Part shown: piece by piece, positions 1-9,915 of the stretch
Layout of the letters: each line of letters opens with the position of its first letter
Position numbering within the stretch: the stretch's first letter is position 1
NCBI GenBank assembly: GCA_021816935.1
Contig: JAKAWR010000002.1
Location: 3,039 to 67,038, forward strand
Source of the DNA: Actinomycetes bacterium
GTDB lineage: Bacteria; Actinomycetota; Acidimicrobiia; Acidimicrobiales; JAMCPL01
Length of the DNA stretch: 64,000 nucleotides
Direction: 5' to 3'
The notes under the pieces: model-generated
The model's input: only the letters and a program-made list of their open reading frames with translations
Told to the model about the DNA's origin: nothing
Databases searched by the model: none
Position numbers and translations under genes: made by a program

Positions 1-896
1 CGGGTTGCGAGCACCCGGTCGAAAGCCGTCGGCGTCCCGCCCCGCTGGACGTGTCCGAGGATCGTCACCCTCGCCTCGAAACCGGTCTTCTTCTCGATCT
101 CCTCGGCCAGCCACGACCCTATGCCGCCCAGCCTCAGGTTGCCGAAAGCGTCCCGCGCCCCTCCGTGGGCCAGGACCTCGGGTCTTTCGGCCTTGCGATC
201 GGCGGCCGGCAGGGCACCCTCCGCCACGACCAGGATCGACGAATAGAGGCCCTCGTCATGCCTCTGCTTCAGCCGCTCGCACACCTCGTCCACGTCGAAC
301 GGCGCTTCAGGAACCAATATGTCTGCAACCCCGCTTGCGATACCCGCATACGTTGCGATCCAACCTGCGTGGCGACCCATCACCTCGCACACCATCACTC
401 TGTGATGCGACTCGGCGGTCGTCTTCAGCCGGTCGATAGCATCAGTCGCTATCTGCACGGCCGTGTGGAAGCCGAAGGTAACGTCCGTACCGCTCAGGTC
501 GTTGTCGATCGTCTTCGGAACGCCGAGCACCGCAACCCCCATCTCCGACAGCTTGAGCGCCACCCCGAGCGTGTCGTCTCCCCCTATAGCGATAAGCGCG
601 TCGATCCCCTCGGCTGCAAGCGAGCGACGCACCCGGTCCGGTCCGCCCTCCTCGGCGAATGGATTCGTCCGCGAGGTCCCGAGTATCGTCCCGCCCTGCG
701 CCAGGATGTTGCGTACGGCAGGCAGGGTGATTTCCTGGGCATTCCTCTCGAGGACCCCACGCCACCCGTCCTGGAACCCGATCACCGTATCGCCGTAGTC
801 CCCTCTTGCCGTCATGACCACTGCCCTGATCACTGCATTCAGACCCGGGCAGTCGCCCCCTCCTGTCAAGATGCCGAGTCTCATGGCCGGTGCCAT
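1..896 (-). CDS. pfkA: 6-phosphofructokinase, actinobacterial PfkA type. The 3' end is cut by the window edge, and it is absent from the ORF track because no stop lies in the window.
   Basis: My own translation of the minus strand from the ATG at 896-894 gives MAPAMRLGILTGGGDCPGLNAVIRAVV..GTSRTNPF..IGGDDTLG..PKTIDNDL..MGRHAGWIA..GHVQRGGTP. These are the canonical PFK motifs in the right order. Confidence 0.85.
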   Translation of the reverse strand, partial: MAPAMRLGILTGGGDCPGLNAVIRAVVMTARGDYGDTVIGFQDGWRGVLERNAQEITLPAVRNILAQGGTILGTSRTNPFAEEGGPDRVRRSLAAEGIDALIAIGGDDTLGVALKLSEMGVAVLGVPKTIDNDLSGTDVTFGFHTAVQIATDAIDRLKTTAESHHRVMVCEVMGRHAGWIATYAGIASGVADILVPEAPFDVDEVCERLKQRHDEGLYSSILVVAEGALPAADRKAERPEVLAHGGARDAFGNLRLGGIGSWLAEEIEKKTGFEARVTILGHVQRGGTPTAFDRVLAT

Positions 897-1028
897 CACT
901 ACTCCCCGAGAGAACTTCCGGCTTCAGGCGTCAGTAATGCCATTCCCACGAGGCTACCCTGTCCGCTCCCGCGTCGCGCGCGGAGCCGCCCGAGGTCTGC
1001 AAGCCGATCCGCCCACCCGCAACTGCTC

Positions 1029-2483
1029 TCAAGGCCCCGCAAGCTCGAGGAGGGTCAGCAGCGCGAAAAACGAGTCCCTGCTCGGCGGCACAATGCCGGT
1101 GATGCCCGGTACGCTCAGATAGCCTGTAATCAGGGCTTCCCTGTTCCTGCGCTCCCAGCCGGCGACGAGCTCGCCAGTCTCGGCAGCGCTCGCCGGATCC
1201 CGCTGATCGAGAGCCACCTCAGCCACCTCGTGAAGCGATCCGAGAATCGACGCCACGTCGGAAAGCGGCGACGAGACGTTCTCCGACGACCGGGTCGAGC
1301 CGTCGAACAGACTCCCCAAGTGCCATCCCGCGTCCGAGAGCACTATCCTGCTCAACCGGTAATCACCATGCACCCTGATCTTGTAGCAGCGCATTTCCAT
1401 GGATCGAACGATGGCTGCCGCCTCGGCTGTCCTACCGTCCACCGAGTCGCTGGCCAGAACGCCCGCGTCGACCTTCTCGCGGCCGAACTCGCTCTCCAGC
1501 GCCAAATGCATCCTCGCGGTCATGACTCCTATGTTGAAGGCGTCCGCAGCGAAATCGGCACCTGCCTCTTCCGGCCGGCATCCGGCCGAGCATAGATCGC
1601 GTAACGACACCAGCGCCACATCTCTCCCGCTGGCCGATGCCGGCATGTACTCCTGAACGGCCCCCAAGTCGAAGCCGCTGCGATGCCAGACGGCGAGAGG
1701 CGCAGCCAGATGATTAAAGCCTCTGGCGTCAAGCGCGCAGAGCAACTCGACCCCGCGATCCCCACCCTCGATCAGCTCCCTGAACAGCGTGATCACCGTG
1801 CCGCCGCCGATCACCGTGCTGGTGTACTGGTCGTTGGACTCGATCCGGTGCAGGTGTTCTCCGGCGACGCCGCCAGCCCTGCCCGGCAGGGCGGTCGGGT
1901 AGCTGCTCCGGCCCCCGTACTCGCCTGCCGCCGGTGCGTCGCGACCGCTGCGAAACACTCCATCACCGTGCTTGCCGCCAGACCCGGCTTGCCCACCGGC
2001 CTCGGGGTACTTGGCAGCACCTGAATCCCCGGCGGCCTCCGATTGACCGCGCGCTCTCGATTGCCCGCCGACGTCGGAAAGACCGCCGTCCCGGTCGGGA
2101 GTTCCTGTCGAGGCGTCGGGCAGAGCGCCCTCCCCGCGCGTCTCATCTTCCATCACAATCCGGGCCAGGTGCGACAGCATCTCCGGGTCGCTCGTGGCGT
2201 CAACGGCGACCGCCAAGCCGAGATCGTCCTCGTACAGACCGAGGCTCGGGTCCGCAGAATCGGGGAACGACGTGAACGAATCACCGGGATGCCTGAGACC
2301 TGCAACAAGGTGGCGAAGGGCACCGCCGGACCGAAAAACGATGTCCAAGAGGCCCGGCCTGCCCGGCATGATGACCTCGACGTCCAGCAGTTCAGGAACA
2401 TCGCCACGCGTCGCGACACCTCGACGGTAGAGATGAGTATCGATGATCGGCAGGATCTGCACCGGATCGGCGGCTCCGTTCAC
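1029..2483 (-). CDS. mak: maltokinase (Mak/Pep2 family) with a Gly/Ala/Ser-rich internal insertion
   Basis: 484-aa ORF directly downstream of treS. Its GTG start overlaps the treS stop (GTGA at 2480-2483), the conserved actinobacterial treS-mak pairing. The C-terminal half is kinase-like (..IRVHGDYRLSRIVL..). Confidence 0.7.
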   Translation of the reverse strand: MNGAADPVQILPIIDTHLYRRGVATRGDVPELLDVEVIMPGRPGLLDIVFRSGGALRHLVAGLRHPGDSFTSFPDSADPSLGLYEDDLGLAVAVDATSDPEMLSHLARIVMEDETRGEGALPDASTGTPDRDGGLSDVGGQSRARGQSEAAGDSGAAKYPEAGGQAGSGGKHGDGVFRSGRDAPAAGEYGGRSSYPTALPGRAGGVAGEHLHRIESNDQYTSTVIGGGTVITLFRELIEGGDRGVELLCALDARGFNHLAAPLAVWHRSGFDLGAVQEYMPASASGRDVALVSLRDLCSAGCRPEEAGADFAADAFNIGVMTARMHLALESEFGREKVDAGVLASDSVDGRTAEAAAIVRSMEMRCYKIRVHGDYRLSRIVLSDAGWHLGSLFDGSTRSSENVSSPLSDVASILGSLHEVAEVALDQRDPASAAETGELVAGWERRNREALITGYLSVPGITGIVPPSRDSFFALLTLLELAGP

Positions 2484-4606
2484 CTTCCGGGCCTCCTGTC
2501 CGCTCGCCCGCCCTCTCCCGACTGGTCGCCGCTCGGGCCCCGTAGGTCGCCGCCCCTACCGCCCTGGTCGCCGCTCGGGGCAGTCAGGTCATCAGGCCCG
2601 CCGGATCGGGAGCCTCGCCCCTCGCCGCGCTCGGGCGACTTTGCTCCAATGCGCGTCCCGAGCTTCCTCAATGGTTCCTCGTCGCCGATTCGCCTCCCAC
2701 CAGGTATTATCCTGCCGATCAGGCGCCGCCGATCGTGATGCCCCTCAGCTGCGACATGCCCGGCTCCGGCCGAGAGCGGCCGGGAAAGCCCGCGGCGGCG
2801 TGTCGGCCTCCTGCCCGCCGGCACCTGAGAAGCCCCCGACAGTTCGAGCCATAAGTAGCCGTGGGAGGACAGCGTAACCGGATAACCACCTCCACGCACC
2901 GCCGGAAATCGTACCCTGCCCAGTAGCTCTGTCGGCACAGCTCCCACGTACTCGGAAAGATCGAGCTCGACGGGCTGCGGAAAACGTGAAAGGTTGTGAA
3001 CGCACAGCACCGGACCCGCCGGCCCGGCCGGCGTTCCCGCCTGGTCCAGGCTCCTTTCCACGTCTACTCCGGACCCCCCCGTTCCCTCGCCACGCCCCCC
3101 AGTGCCAGCACCGGACCCGGCCGCACCAGCACTTTCCACGGCCGGGGCTGGGGCGGGAACGCGCACGTAAGCCAAGATCGACGGATTCGCGCAGTCGACC
3201 AGTTCGAAGGAGCCGGAACCGAAAACAGAATACTGGTGGCGCACCTGCAGCATCCGCTGCATCCACTGCAGGAAGGAGCTCGGGTTAGCCTGCTGGGCCT
3301 CCACGTTCACGGCGCCGTACCCGTACACCGAGTCCGTCACGGGCGGCAGGAAAAGATCCTCGAGATTCGCTTTCGAGAAGCCGCCGTTGCGATCGGGGCT
3401 CCACTGCATCGGCGTCCTCACCGAGTCGCGGTCGCCGAGGTAGACGTTGTCACCCATGAGCAACTCGTCGCCATAGTAGATGACCGGGCTGCCAGGCAGG
3501 GAGAAGATAAGGGCCCAAAGCAACTCGGCCAGCGTCCTGTTGCCCTCGATTAGCGGGGCAAGCCTCCGACCGATCCCCCAGTGGCGCCGCATGCGAGGGT
3601 CTCTTGCGTATTCCGCGACGAGCTGGTCCCGCTCCTCTTCCGTGACCTTTTCCAGGGTCAGCTCGTCATGGTTACGCAGGAAAATGGCCCACTGGCACGA
3701 AGCCGGGACGTCCGGCGTCCGCGAAAGGATCTCGGTGAGGGGAAAACGCGACTCGCGCCTGACCGCAAGAAAAAGCCGGGGCATCAGCGGGAAGTGGAAG
3801 CACATGTCGCATTCGTCACCCTCGCCGAAGTACTCCACGAGTTCGTCTATCCAAAGGTTCGCCTCGGCGAGAAGCAGGCGTTTCGGAGTGTAAGCGTCCA
3901 CTACGCCTCTCAACTTCCGGAGCAGGGCATGGGCCGCCTCGCCTGCATCGGTACCAGCCGGATCGTCCCTTTCGAACAGATACGGCACAGCATCAAGACG
4001 GAACCCGTCCAGGCCGAGATCCAGCCAGTAGCGAATCGCGCCTGTCATCGCCTCGACCACCTCGACGTTTGCGAAGTTCAGGTCCGGTTGATGCGAGTAG
4101 AAGCGGTGGCTGTAGTACTCGCCCCTTACGGAATCGAACGCCCAGTTGGACTCCTCCACATCGACGAATACCACCTTGGAGTCAGGCTGCAGCCGGGGTT
4201 CCTCGCTCCAGACGTACCAGTCCGCCTTCGGGCCGTCTTTCGAGCGGCGCGACTCGACGAACCACGGATGCTGATCGGAAGTGTGGTTCATGACCATATC
4301 GGCTATGACACGGATCCCCCTGTCGTGAGCCTCGGAGATCAGCAGTTTCAAGTCGTCCATCTGGCCGAGATCGGGGTGAACGGTCAGCAGGTCCGAGACG
4401 TCATACCCGCCGTCACGCATAGGCGACGGGTAATAGGGCAGGAGCCAGAGGCAGTCCACGCCCAACCACGAAAGGTAATCGAGCTTGTCAACGAGCCCCC
4501 GTATGTCCCCCTTGCCGTCGCCGTCGGAATCGAAGAACGTCCAGATGAATACCTCGTAGAAAACCGCCTGCTTGAACCAGTCAAGTCCGGCGGCGCTGGT
4601 CGCCAT
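2480..4606 (-). CDS. treS: trehalose synthase (GH13 maltose alpha-D-glucosyltransferase) with a 118-aa low-complexity C-terminal tail
   Basis: N-terminus DWFKQAVFYEVFIWTFFDSDGDGKGDIRGLVDKLDYLSWLGVDCLWLLPYYPSPMRDGGYDVSD, plus GFRLDAVPYL and FLRNHDELTLE GH13 catalytic motifs. The conserved part ends near ..YLWLELS. Confidence 0.92.
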   Translation of the reverse strand: MATSAAGLDWFKQAVFYEVFIWTFFDSDGDGKGDIRGLVDKLDYLSWLGVDCLWLLPYYPSPMRDGGYDVSDLLTVHPDLGQMDDLKLLISEAHDRGIRVIADMVMNHTSDQHPWFVESRRSKDGPKADWYVWSEEPRLQPDSKVVFVDVEESNWAFDSVRGEYYSHRFYSHQPDLNFANVEVVEAMTGAIRYWLDLGLDGFRLDAVPYLFERDDPAGTDAGEAAHALLRKLRGVVDAYTPKRLLLAEANLWIDELVEYFGEGDECDMCFHFPLMPRLFLAVRRESRFPLTEILSRTPDVPASCQWAIFLRNHDELTLEKVTEEERDQLVAEYARDPRMRRHWGIGRRLAPLIEGNRTLAELLWALIFSLPGSPVIYYGDELLMGDNVYLGDRDSVRTPMQWSPDRNGGFSKANLEDLFLPPVTDSVYGYGAVNVEAQQANPSSFLQWMQRMLQVRHQYSVFGSGSFELVDCANPSILAYVRVPAPAPAVESAGAAGSGAGTGGRGEGTGGSGVDVERSLDQAGTPAGPAGPVLCVHNLSRFPQPVELDLSEYVGAVPTELLGRVRFPAVRGGGYPVTLSSHGYLWLELSGASQVPAGRRPTRRRGLSRPLSAGAGHVAAEGHHDRRRLIGRIIPGGRRIGDEEPLRKLGTRIGAKSPERGEGRGSRSGGPDDLTAPSGDQGGRGGDLRGPSGDQSGEGGRADRRPGR

Positions 4607-5548
4607 CTACAACCGGGAGTCCCCGCTGGCAGCGAAGAGCCTGCCAGCGGCTTCGTACGGATCCATGCGGCCGGCTTCCATCTCGTCGAGGAGCTCCAGA
4701 TAAAGAGGGCTACGCTCCGCCTCGGCTACCGACCGGCGCAACAGGGCCTCGAAAGCGAGCGTGAGGCTTCGTTCGTATCCGGACCTCCGGCGGCCCGATA
4801 GCTCCCCACCTTCCGCCGAAAGCCCGTCGTGGCGCCGCATTTCGTCCCAGAGCGCATCCACCCCCTCTCCCGTGGAGGCGACGGTCTGCAACACCGGCGG
4901 GCGCCACCCGGTCCGCTCCTGAGCCATGTCCAGCATCTGCTCCAGGTCCCGCACCGCCTCCTTTGCCCCGGGCCTGTCGGCTTTGTTGACCACGAGTATG
5001 TCGGCGATCTCCAGGATGCCCGCCTTGTTCGCCTGAATGGAATCTCCCCAACCCGGATTGACTACGACCACCACGGTGCCGGCCGCCGAAGCCACCTCGA
5101 TCTCCACCTGGCCTACCCCGACCGTCTCAACGATCACCGGGTCCATGTGACAGGCTTCCAGGAGACGCATGGCCTCGGGGACCGCTGCGGACAACCCGCC
5201 CAGGTGACCTCTCGTTGCCATCGACCGGATAAAAACCCCGCCGTCGCCTGCGTGGCCCTGCATCCGGACCCGGTCGCCGAGGATAGCGCCCCCGCTATAC
5301 GGGGAGGTCGGATCGACGGCGATCACGGCCACCTGATCAGATCCCGAGGATCTGGCCAGCGATACCAGTTTGTCTACAAGTGTGGATTTGCCGGCTCCCG
5401 GGGAACCGGTGATCCCGATGGTACGCGCCCGTGCGGGTGTACGGTAGGCAGCTGCCGCCACCTCCCGTGCGCCGTCGCCGCCGCGCTCGACCATGGTAAG
5501 AAGCCTCGCCAGTGAGAGGCGATCGCCGTTTCCCGCTGCCGCAAGCAT
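4607..5548 (-). CDS. meaB: methylmalonyl-CoA mutase-associated GTPase MeaB/ArgK
   Basis: P-loop GITGSPGAGKSTLVDKL, DPTSPYSGGAILGDRVRM, VETVGVGQ and VVNKADR. The track ORF runs to 6004 but overlaps the upstream gene, which stops at 5725. The ATG at 5548 (MLAAAGNGDRLSLARLLTMVE) matches the usual MeaB N-terminus. The exact start is uncertain. Confidence 0.85.
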   Translation of the reverse strand: MLAAAGNGDRLSLARLLTMVERGGDGAREVAAAAYRTPARARTIGITGSPGAGKSTLVDKLVSLARSSGSDQVAVIAVDPTSPYSGGAILGDRVRMQGHAGDGGVFIRSMATRGHLGGLSAAVPEAMRLLEACHMDPVIVETVGVGQVEIEVASAAGTVVVVVNPGWGDSIQANKAGILEIADILVVNKADRPGAKEAVRDLEQMLDMAQERTGWRPPVLQTVASTGEGVDALWDEMRRHDGLSAEGGELSGRRRSGYERSLTLAFEALLRRSVAEAERSPLYLELLDEMEAGRMDPYEAAGRLFAASGDSRL

Positions 5549-5724
5549 CTCCGCCGTCCCGGTGGAAACCGCAGTAGCCGTAGACCCCGGGCTACCGGCG
5601 GAACCCGCTCTACCGGCAGGACCAGCCGGATCGGTAGAGCGTGACGTACCACCGCCCACCGTACCTCCGGAGGCGACCAACTCCTCCACCGCCAATCCGC
5701 CTGCGTCCAGAGCCCCGTCTCGGC

Positions 5725-7458
5725 TCAAAGCACCGCCTCTATGAGCGTGGGCCCCTCGGTTTTCAGGTAGCGTTCCAGAACGGTCGCGAAATCTCCGGCA
5801 TCGTCCACACGGGTCGACTCGATCCCGAACGACGACGCCAACTTTGCGAAACCAATTTCCGGCCTCCCGACACTCGTCAGCCCCTCGGCCTCCGTACGCG
5901 TAGCGTCGATCCCGAAGCGCTGCAGCTCCATCCTCAGGAGCTGGTAGGAACGGTTCGACAGGATGATGTTGGTCACGTTGAGCGACTCCCGCGCCTGGGT
6001 CCACAGCGCCTGCGGGGTGTACATCGAGCTACCGTCTGCCTCCAGGGCCACTACATGCCGGTCGGTACAGGCCAGCGCCGCTCCGACAGCCAGCGGAAGC
6101 CCCTGACCGATCGCTCCGCCGCTGAGGCAGAGCCAGTCGTGCTCCGGAGCGCCCTCAGAGGCAAGATAGGCAAAAATCCCTTCGGTCACCCCCTCGTCAA
6201 CCACGATGGCACCCTCGGGCAGCAGAGCGCCGAATACCGCCCCCAGCTTGCCCGCATCCAACGCTCCGGAAGGGAGGGACGCTTTACCGTTAACACCGGC
6301 CGCGACCGTCACCGAGGTCGCATCCGACCTGGACGAAGCTCCTCCGACGGCTTCTGCCAGGGCAGCAAGCGTCGCGCCGGCGCCATGCGGCCACACCGCC
6401 AGGTGTGTTACAGCGCAGCCGTCCGGCGCCATCGAGGACGGAATACCCTCGTAGGCGAAGAACGAAACCGGCTCGCGCACATCGACGCAGATCAGGTGAG
6501 ACAAGCCCTGTAGCTGAGCGAGGGCCAGTTCGGGCAGGTAGCCGAGGCGCTCGACGCTCGGGATGGAACCCCCTCTCTCCATGCGTGCCGGAAGCACGTC
6601 GGCAAAGACCTTGGCGCCGGTCGATGCCGCTATCCGGACCGCGTTCCTGATCCCTGTAGCCCGCAACGCCTCACCACCCAGCAGCAACGCCGCCGGGCTG
6701 CCCGACCGGAGAATCGAAGCGACCTCCTCGACCCGTTCGTCGCCAACAGACCTGCGCACGGCCTCCGAACCGGGTCGCGCGCCGGCTCTCCCTGCCATGT
6801 TCGCCGCCTCCCCGGAGGTCCGCTCTCCTGCCGCCGAGTCCCCTGCCACCGAAACCCGATCTCTTCCAACCTGACCCCACGAGACATCCGAGGGCACCAC
6901 TACGCTCACGACCCTCCCTGGTTGCATCGGCAAGAGCATCCTGGCGCCGGGCCTCTCGTCGCCGGGCTGCCCAGCGCCGTTCCCGTCCGCTCGGCCGGCA
7001 CCGCCCGCGCCCATCGTGCGGCGAACTGCCCGGACAACCGATCCTGTGATCTCTCCCGCCGATTCGATGGTCAGCACCTCCGCGGACACGCTCGAAACAA
7101 GCGACTCTATGGACTGGAGCATCGTGAGCGGAGGATCGTACTTGCGGTGATAGGTCGCCTGCTCCCCTACAAGGCAGATAACCGGACTGTTCGCACGCCT
7201 TGCGTTGTGAAGGTTCGCCAGGCCGTTGGCAAGACCAGGGCCGAGGTGAAGCAGGACTGACGCGGGCTTGCCCGCCATCCGGCCGTACCCGTCGGCCGCC
7301 CCCGTCGCTACGCCCTCGAAGAGCACGAGCACGCCCCTGATCCCCTCGACGTTGTCCAGCGCGGCAACAAGATGGAGCTCGGAGGTCCCGGGGTTGGCGA
7401 AGCACAGTTCCACCCCTTCGAAGGCCAGCGTGGACATGAGTAGCTCAGCGCCGTTCAC
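5725..7458 (-). CDS. thiamine-pyrophosphate-dependent enzyme (acetolactate synthase large subunit / benzoylformate decarboxylase-like family) with low-complexity insertions
   Basis: N-terminal TPP-pyrimidine domain NGAELLMSTLAFEGVELCFANPGTSELHLVAAL..GAADGYGRMAGKPASVLLHLGPGLANGLANLHNA. C-terminal TPP-binding segment ..ALEADGSSMYTPQALWT..NIILSNRSY. Confidence 0.8.
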   Translation of the reverse strand: MNGAELLMSTLAFEGVELCFANPGTSELHLVAALDNVEGIRGVLVLFEGVATGAADGYGRMAGKPASVLLHLGPGLANGLANLHNARRANSPVICLVGEQATYHRKYDPPLTMLQSIESLVSSVSAEVLTIESAGEITGSVVRAVRRTMGAGGAGRADGNGAGQPGDERPGARMLLPMQPGRVVSVVVPSDVSWGQVGRDRVSVAGDSAAGERTSGEAANMAGRAGARPGSEAVRRSVGDERVEEVASILRSGSPAALLLGGEALRATGIRNAVRIAASTGAKVFADVLPARMERGGSIPSVERLGYLPELALAQLQGLSHLICVDVREPVSFFAYEGIPSSMAPDGCAVTHLAVWPHGAGATLAALAEAVGGASSRSDATSVTVAAGVNGKASLPSGALDAGKLGAVFGALLPEGAIVVDEGVTEGIFAYLASEGAPEHDWLCLSGGAIGQGLPLAVGAALACTDRHVVALEADGSSMYTPQALWTQARESLNVTNIILSNRSYQLLRMELQRFGIDATRTEAEGLTSVGRPEIGFAKLASSFGIESTRVDDAGDFATVLERYLKTEGPTLIEAVL

Positions 7459-7644
7459 GCTCCCAACCTATCAGGTGCCACGCTCCTCTCAGGTGCTCCA
7501 ACAGCCAACTGCCGGCAGCTTGGACATCGAATCAACGTACCCTTGCAAATGACGTAGTTGCGAGCGATCATTAATGGAGTGGCAGGAATGTACGGCGGTG
7601 CGCTCGCAGCGACCTCGATCCCATCAGGTGAGGACGCGTAACTC

Positions 7645-9858
7645 ATGCGGCTGATGCTCTGGGTTAGCGCGGTCTTGATTATCGTCGCCGGCTCTACGGT
7701 TGTCGAAGGAATGAATCCAGACGCGACAGCTGCGGCTGGGGCCTCCATGTCTCCCACGTGGCACATCCGCGCAACATTCCCGTTCCCGCAAGGCGCCTCC
7801 GGAGATGGCGCCTTCGGGTCCGTATCATGTCCGGTACGAACGACCTGTTTCGCCGTAGGTGGCAGTGAATGGCTCTACGAGACGCGGGCGAGCGGATCAA
7901 CCTGGAACGACGTGCCGGGCCAACTGCCCTCGTCTGTATCCGGCTCCGGCGCCTCCAGTATCTCGTGCACGTCGGCGACCTTCTGCGAGGCCGTGGGATA
8001 TACCAGTGTACTCAAATTCAATGGCAGCACCTGGACCAGCCAATCCCTCCCCTCAGCATTGTTGGACCGTCCCGGGTTTGGCGGAACCGCGACAACTTAC
8101 CTCACAAGCGTGTCGTGCGTATCGGACAGCTTCTGCGAGGCCGTCGGCGACAGCATAGGATCCCCGCATCTGCCCGGCACCGGTTTCGCACTTGGATACA
8201 ACGGCCATGACTGGACACTCCAGAAGCTGCCCGCTGGGGGGGTGAGCCCGCCCTCAGGCGTATCATGTGCGGCGGAGAACTTCTGCGAGATGACGGTGGG
8301 CAGCTCTTTTCTGATAAGCCAACCGCCGATTGTCGCTCTGGTTTTCGATGGCACCAGCTGGACGGATCAGTCCGTGCCCCCGAACGTGGGAACCCTCTCG
8401 GGCGTATCGTGTACGTCAGCGAGTTCCTGCGTGGCGGTCGGGGCAAACATGTCAGGTGGGGATATCGCCGTCGCCTTCAACGGACGTACCTGGACGGATC
8501 AACCTGTGCCCCCGAGGGTGGCAACCCTCTCGGGCGTATCGTGTACGTCAGCGAGCTCCTGCGTGGCGGTCGGGGACAACGCCTCCCCGGTCGGTGCGGC
8601 AGCAACCGAGATAGTACGCGGTGTTGCGCTCGAGCTCAACGAGGGTGCCTGGATCAGTCAGGCCGTGCCACCCGGAGTAGGTCAGCTCAGCGGCGTATCG
8701 TGTACGGCCGGCGGCTTCTGCGAAGCAGTGGGGGCAGACCTCTCTGGCACATACGGAGCAGTGCTCGTCTTCGATGGAGGCGCCTGGACCGTCCAAGGGC
8801 TGCCTTCACCGTTGAGCACCCTTTCAGGCGTGTCATGCATCTCGGCAAGGTTCTGCATCGCGGTAGGTCAGAAGTTATGGGACACTGCGGGAGCCGTCCT
8901 CGGTTTCGACGGCAGGGAGTGGGCAGCTCAACACCTGCCGGCAGGTGTGTTCGGCCTCTCCAGCGTAACCTGTGTATCGGCTACCTTCTGCGAAACTGTC
9001 GGATCGACCTGGCCGGGCGAGCCGGCCGCCCTCGGCTTCAACGGCAGGATATGGGCCTTCGAGCCTCTGCCCACCGGCTCGTACTCCCTCTCGAGCGTGT
9101 CATGCACCTCGGCAAGGTTCTGCATCGCGGTAGGACCAAACTTGTCAGGCATATCAGCGGTCGCGGTCCGCTTCGACGGCCGACGCTGGGCGGGCCAACG
9201 GCTGCCTTCGGGAATCAGGTCGCTCTCCGGAGTATCATGCGTCTCGGAGCGCTTCTGCGAGGCCGTGGGCCTTGCGAACGATGGCATCCCCGAGATGGGC
9301 ATTGCCATTGCCTTTGATGGCCGGCACTGGAAGTCCCAGAACCTCACCGCATCGCACCTTGCGGGTGTATCCTGCGTCTCCACCGCCTTCTGCGAGGCCG
9401 TCAGATCCTCCTGGTCAAGTACGTTTGCAACGGTCAGGTTCAATGGCCGGCAATGGTCGGGCCAGAGCACGCTGTCCGAAGTAGTCAACTTGACCGGCGG
9501 GTCCTGTGGATCCGCTCAGCTCTGCGAAGTCATCGGGTCCGCCTTGCCCAGTACGCCTACAGCGCTCGATTATAACGGCAGGGAGTGGTCGAATCAGAGC
9601 CTGCCAATCGCAGTAACCAACCTCTCGGGCGTCTCGTGTACGCAGACGAACTTCTGCACCGCCGTGGGATCGCAAGCAGACGGCGTCCTGATCTTGGAAC
9701 TCCAGCTCCCTGCTGTCACGTCCCCCCGTTCATCTGCTTCCTCTGGTATGTTTCCTATCGCAGCGGGAGTAATCTCGTTTGCCCTTCTCGCCGGTTTCGG
9801 ACTGTTGCGTCAGAGACGATACCCGCCGGACTGGCCGCTCGCCACAGGCGAAGAGTGA
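7645..9858 (+). CDS. membrane-anchored secreted protein with 14 cysteine-pair propeller-blade-like repeats; function unknown
   Basis: ATG preceded by GGTGAGGA. N-terminal signal-like helix (MRLMLWVSAVLIIVAGS). 14 copies of GVSC-x-S-x-x-FC-E-AVG...(F/Y)(N/D)G..W..Q.LP with a period of about 44-50 aa. C-terminal TM helix plus RQRR tail. Confidence 0.8.
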   Translation: MRLMLWVSAVLIIVAGSTVVEGMNPDATAAAGASMSPTWHIRATFPFPQGASGDGAFGSVSCPVRTTCFAVGGSEWLYETRASGSTWNDVPGQLPSSVSGSGASSISCTSATFCEAVGYTSVLKFNGSTWTSQSLPSALLDRPGFGGTATTYLTSVSCVSDSFCEAVGDSIGSPHLPGTGFALGYNGHDWTLQKLPAGGVSPPSGVSCAAENFCEMTVGSSFLISQPPIVALVFDGTSWTDQSVPPNVGTLSGVSCTSASSCVAVGANMSGGDIAVAFNGRTWTDQPVPPRVATLSGVSCTSASSCVAVGDNASPVGAAATEIVRGVALELNEGAWISQAVPPGVGQLSGVSCTAGGFCEAVGADLSGTYGAVLVFDGGAWTVQGLPSPLSTLSGVSCISARFCIAVGQKLWDTAGAVLGFDGREWAAQHLPAGVFGLSSVTCVSATFCETVGSTWPGEPAALGFNGRIWAFEPLPTGSYSLSSVSCTSARFCIAVGPNLSGISAVAVRFDGRRWAGQRLPSGIRSLSGVSCVSERFCEAVGLANDGIPEMGIAIAFDGRHWKSQNLTASHLAGVSCVSTAFCEAVRSSWSSTFATVRFNGRQWSGQSTLSEVVNLTGGSCGSAQLCEVIGSALPSTPTALDYNGREWSNQSLPIAVTNLSGVSCTQTNFCTAVGSQADGVLILELQLPAVTSPRSSASSGMFPIAAGVISFALLAGFGLLRQRRYPPDWPLATGEE
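8391..8576. repeat. internal near-perfect duplication inside the repeat protein (54 bp, 1 mismatch, 132 bp apart)
   Basis: aaccctctcgggcgtatcgtgtacgtcagcgag(t/c)tcctgcgtggcggtcgggg occurs at 8391-8444 and again at 8523-8576. Confidence 0.85.
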
Positions 9859-9915
9859 TTGTAACCAGCGGCGGGGGACACCCCGATTGCCACGAACTAA
9901 AGTCAGGGGTGCAAA

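Noticed and set aside
51-1595. 514-aa plus-strand ORF, together with similar long ORFs antisense to real genes (3581..4801+, 12636..13979+, 24573..25787+, 28529..29647+, 43001..44185+, 54462..55601-, 60009..61187+, 31209..32399+)
   Set aside because: They are Arg/Pro/Gly-rich with no recognisable motifs. Each lies opposite a gene with clear family signatures (pfkA/mak, treS, glcD-like, hisD and so on). These are typical high-GC antisense open frames.
5549-6004. N-terminal 152-aa extension of the MeaB ORF
   Set aside because: It overlaps the 3' end of the TPP-enzyme gene (stop at 5725) and is low-complexity. The canonical MeaB N-terminus begins at the ATG at 5548.
9690-9858. LQLPAVTS followed by a hydrophobic helix and RQRR tail in the 737-aa repeat protein, considered as a sortase LPXTG sorting signal
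   Set aside because: The motif lacks the Gly (LPAVTS, not LPxTG/LAxTG). It sits about 10 residues from the helix, and the paralogue has no equivalent motif. I treat it as a simple C-terminal membrane anchor.
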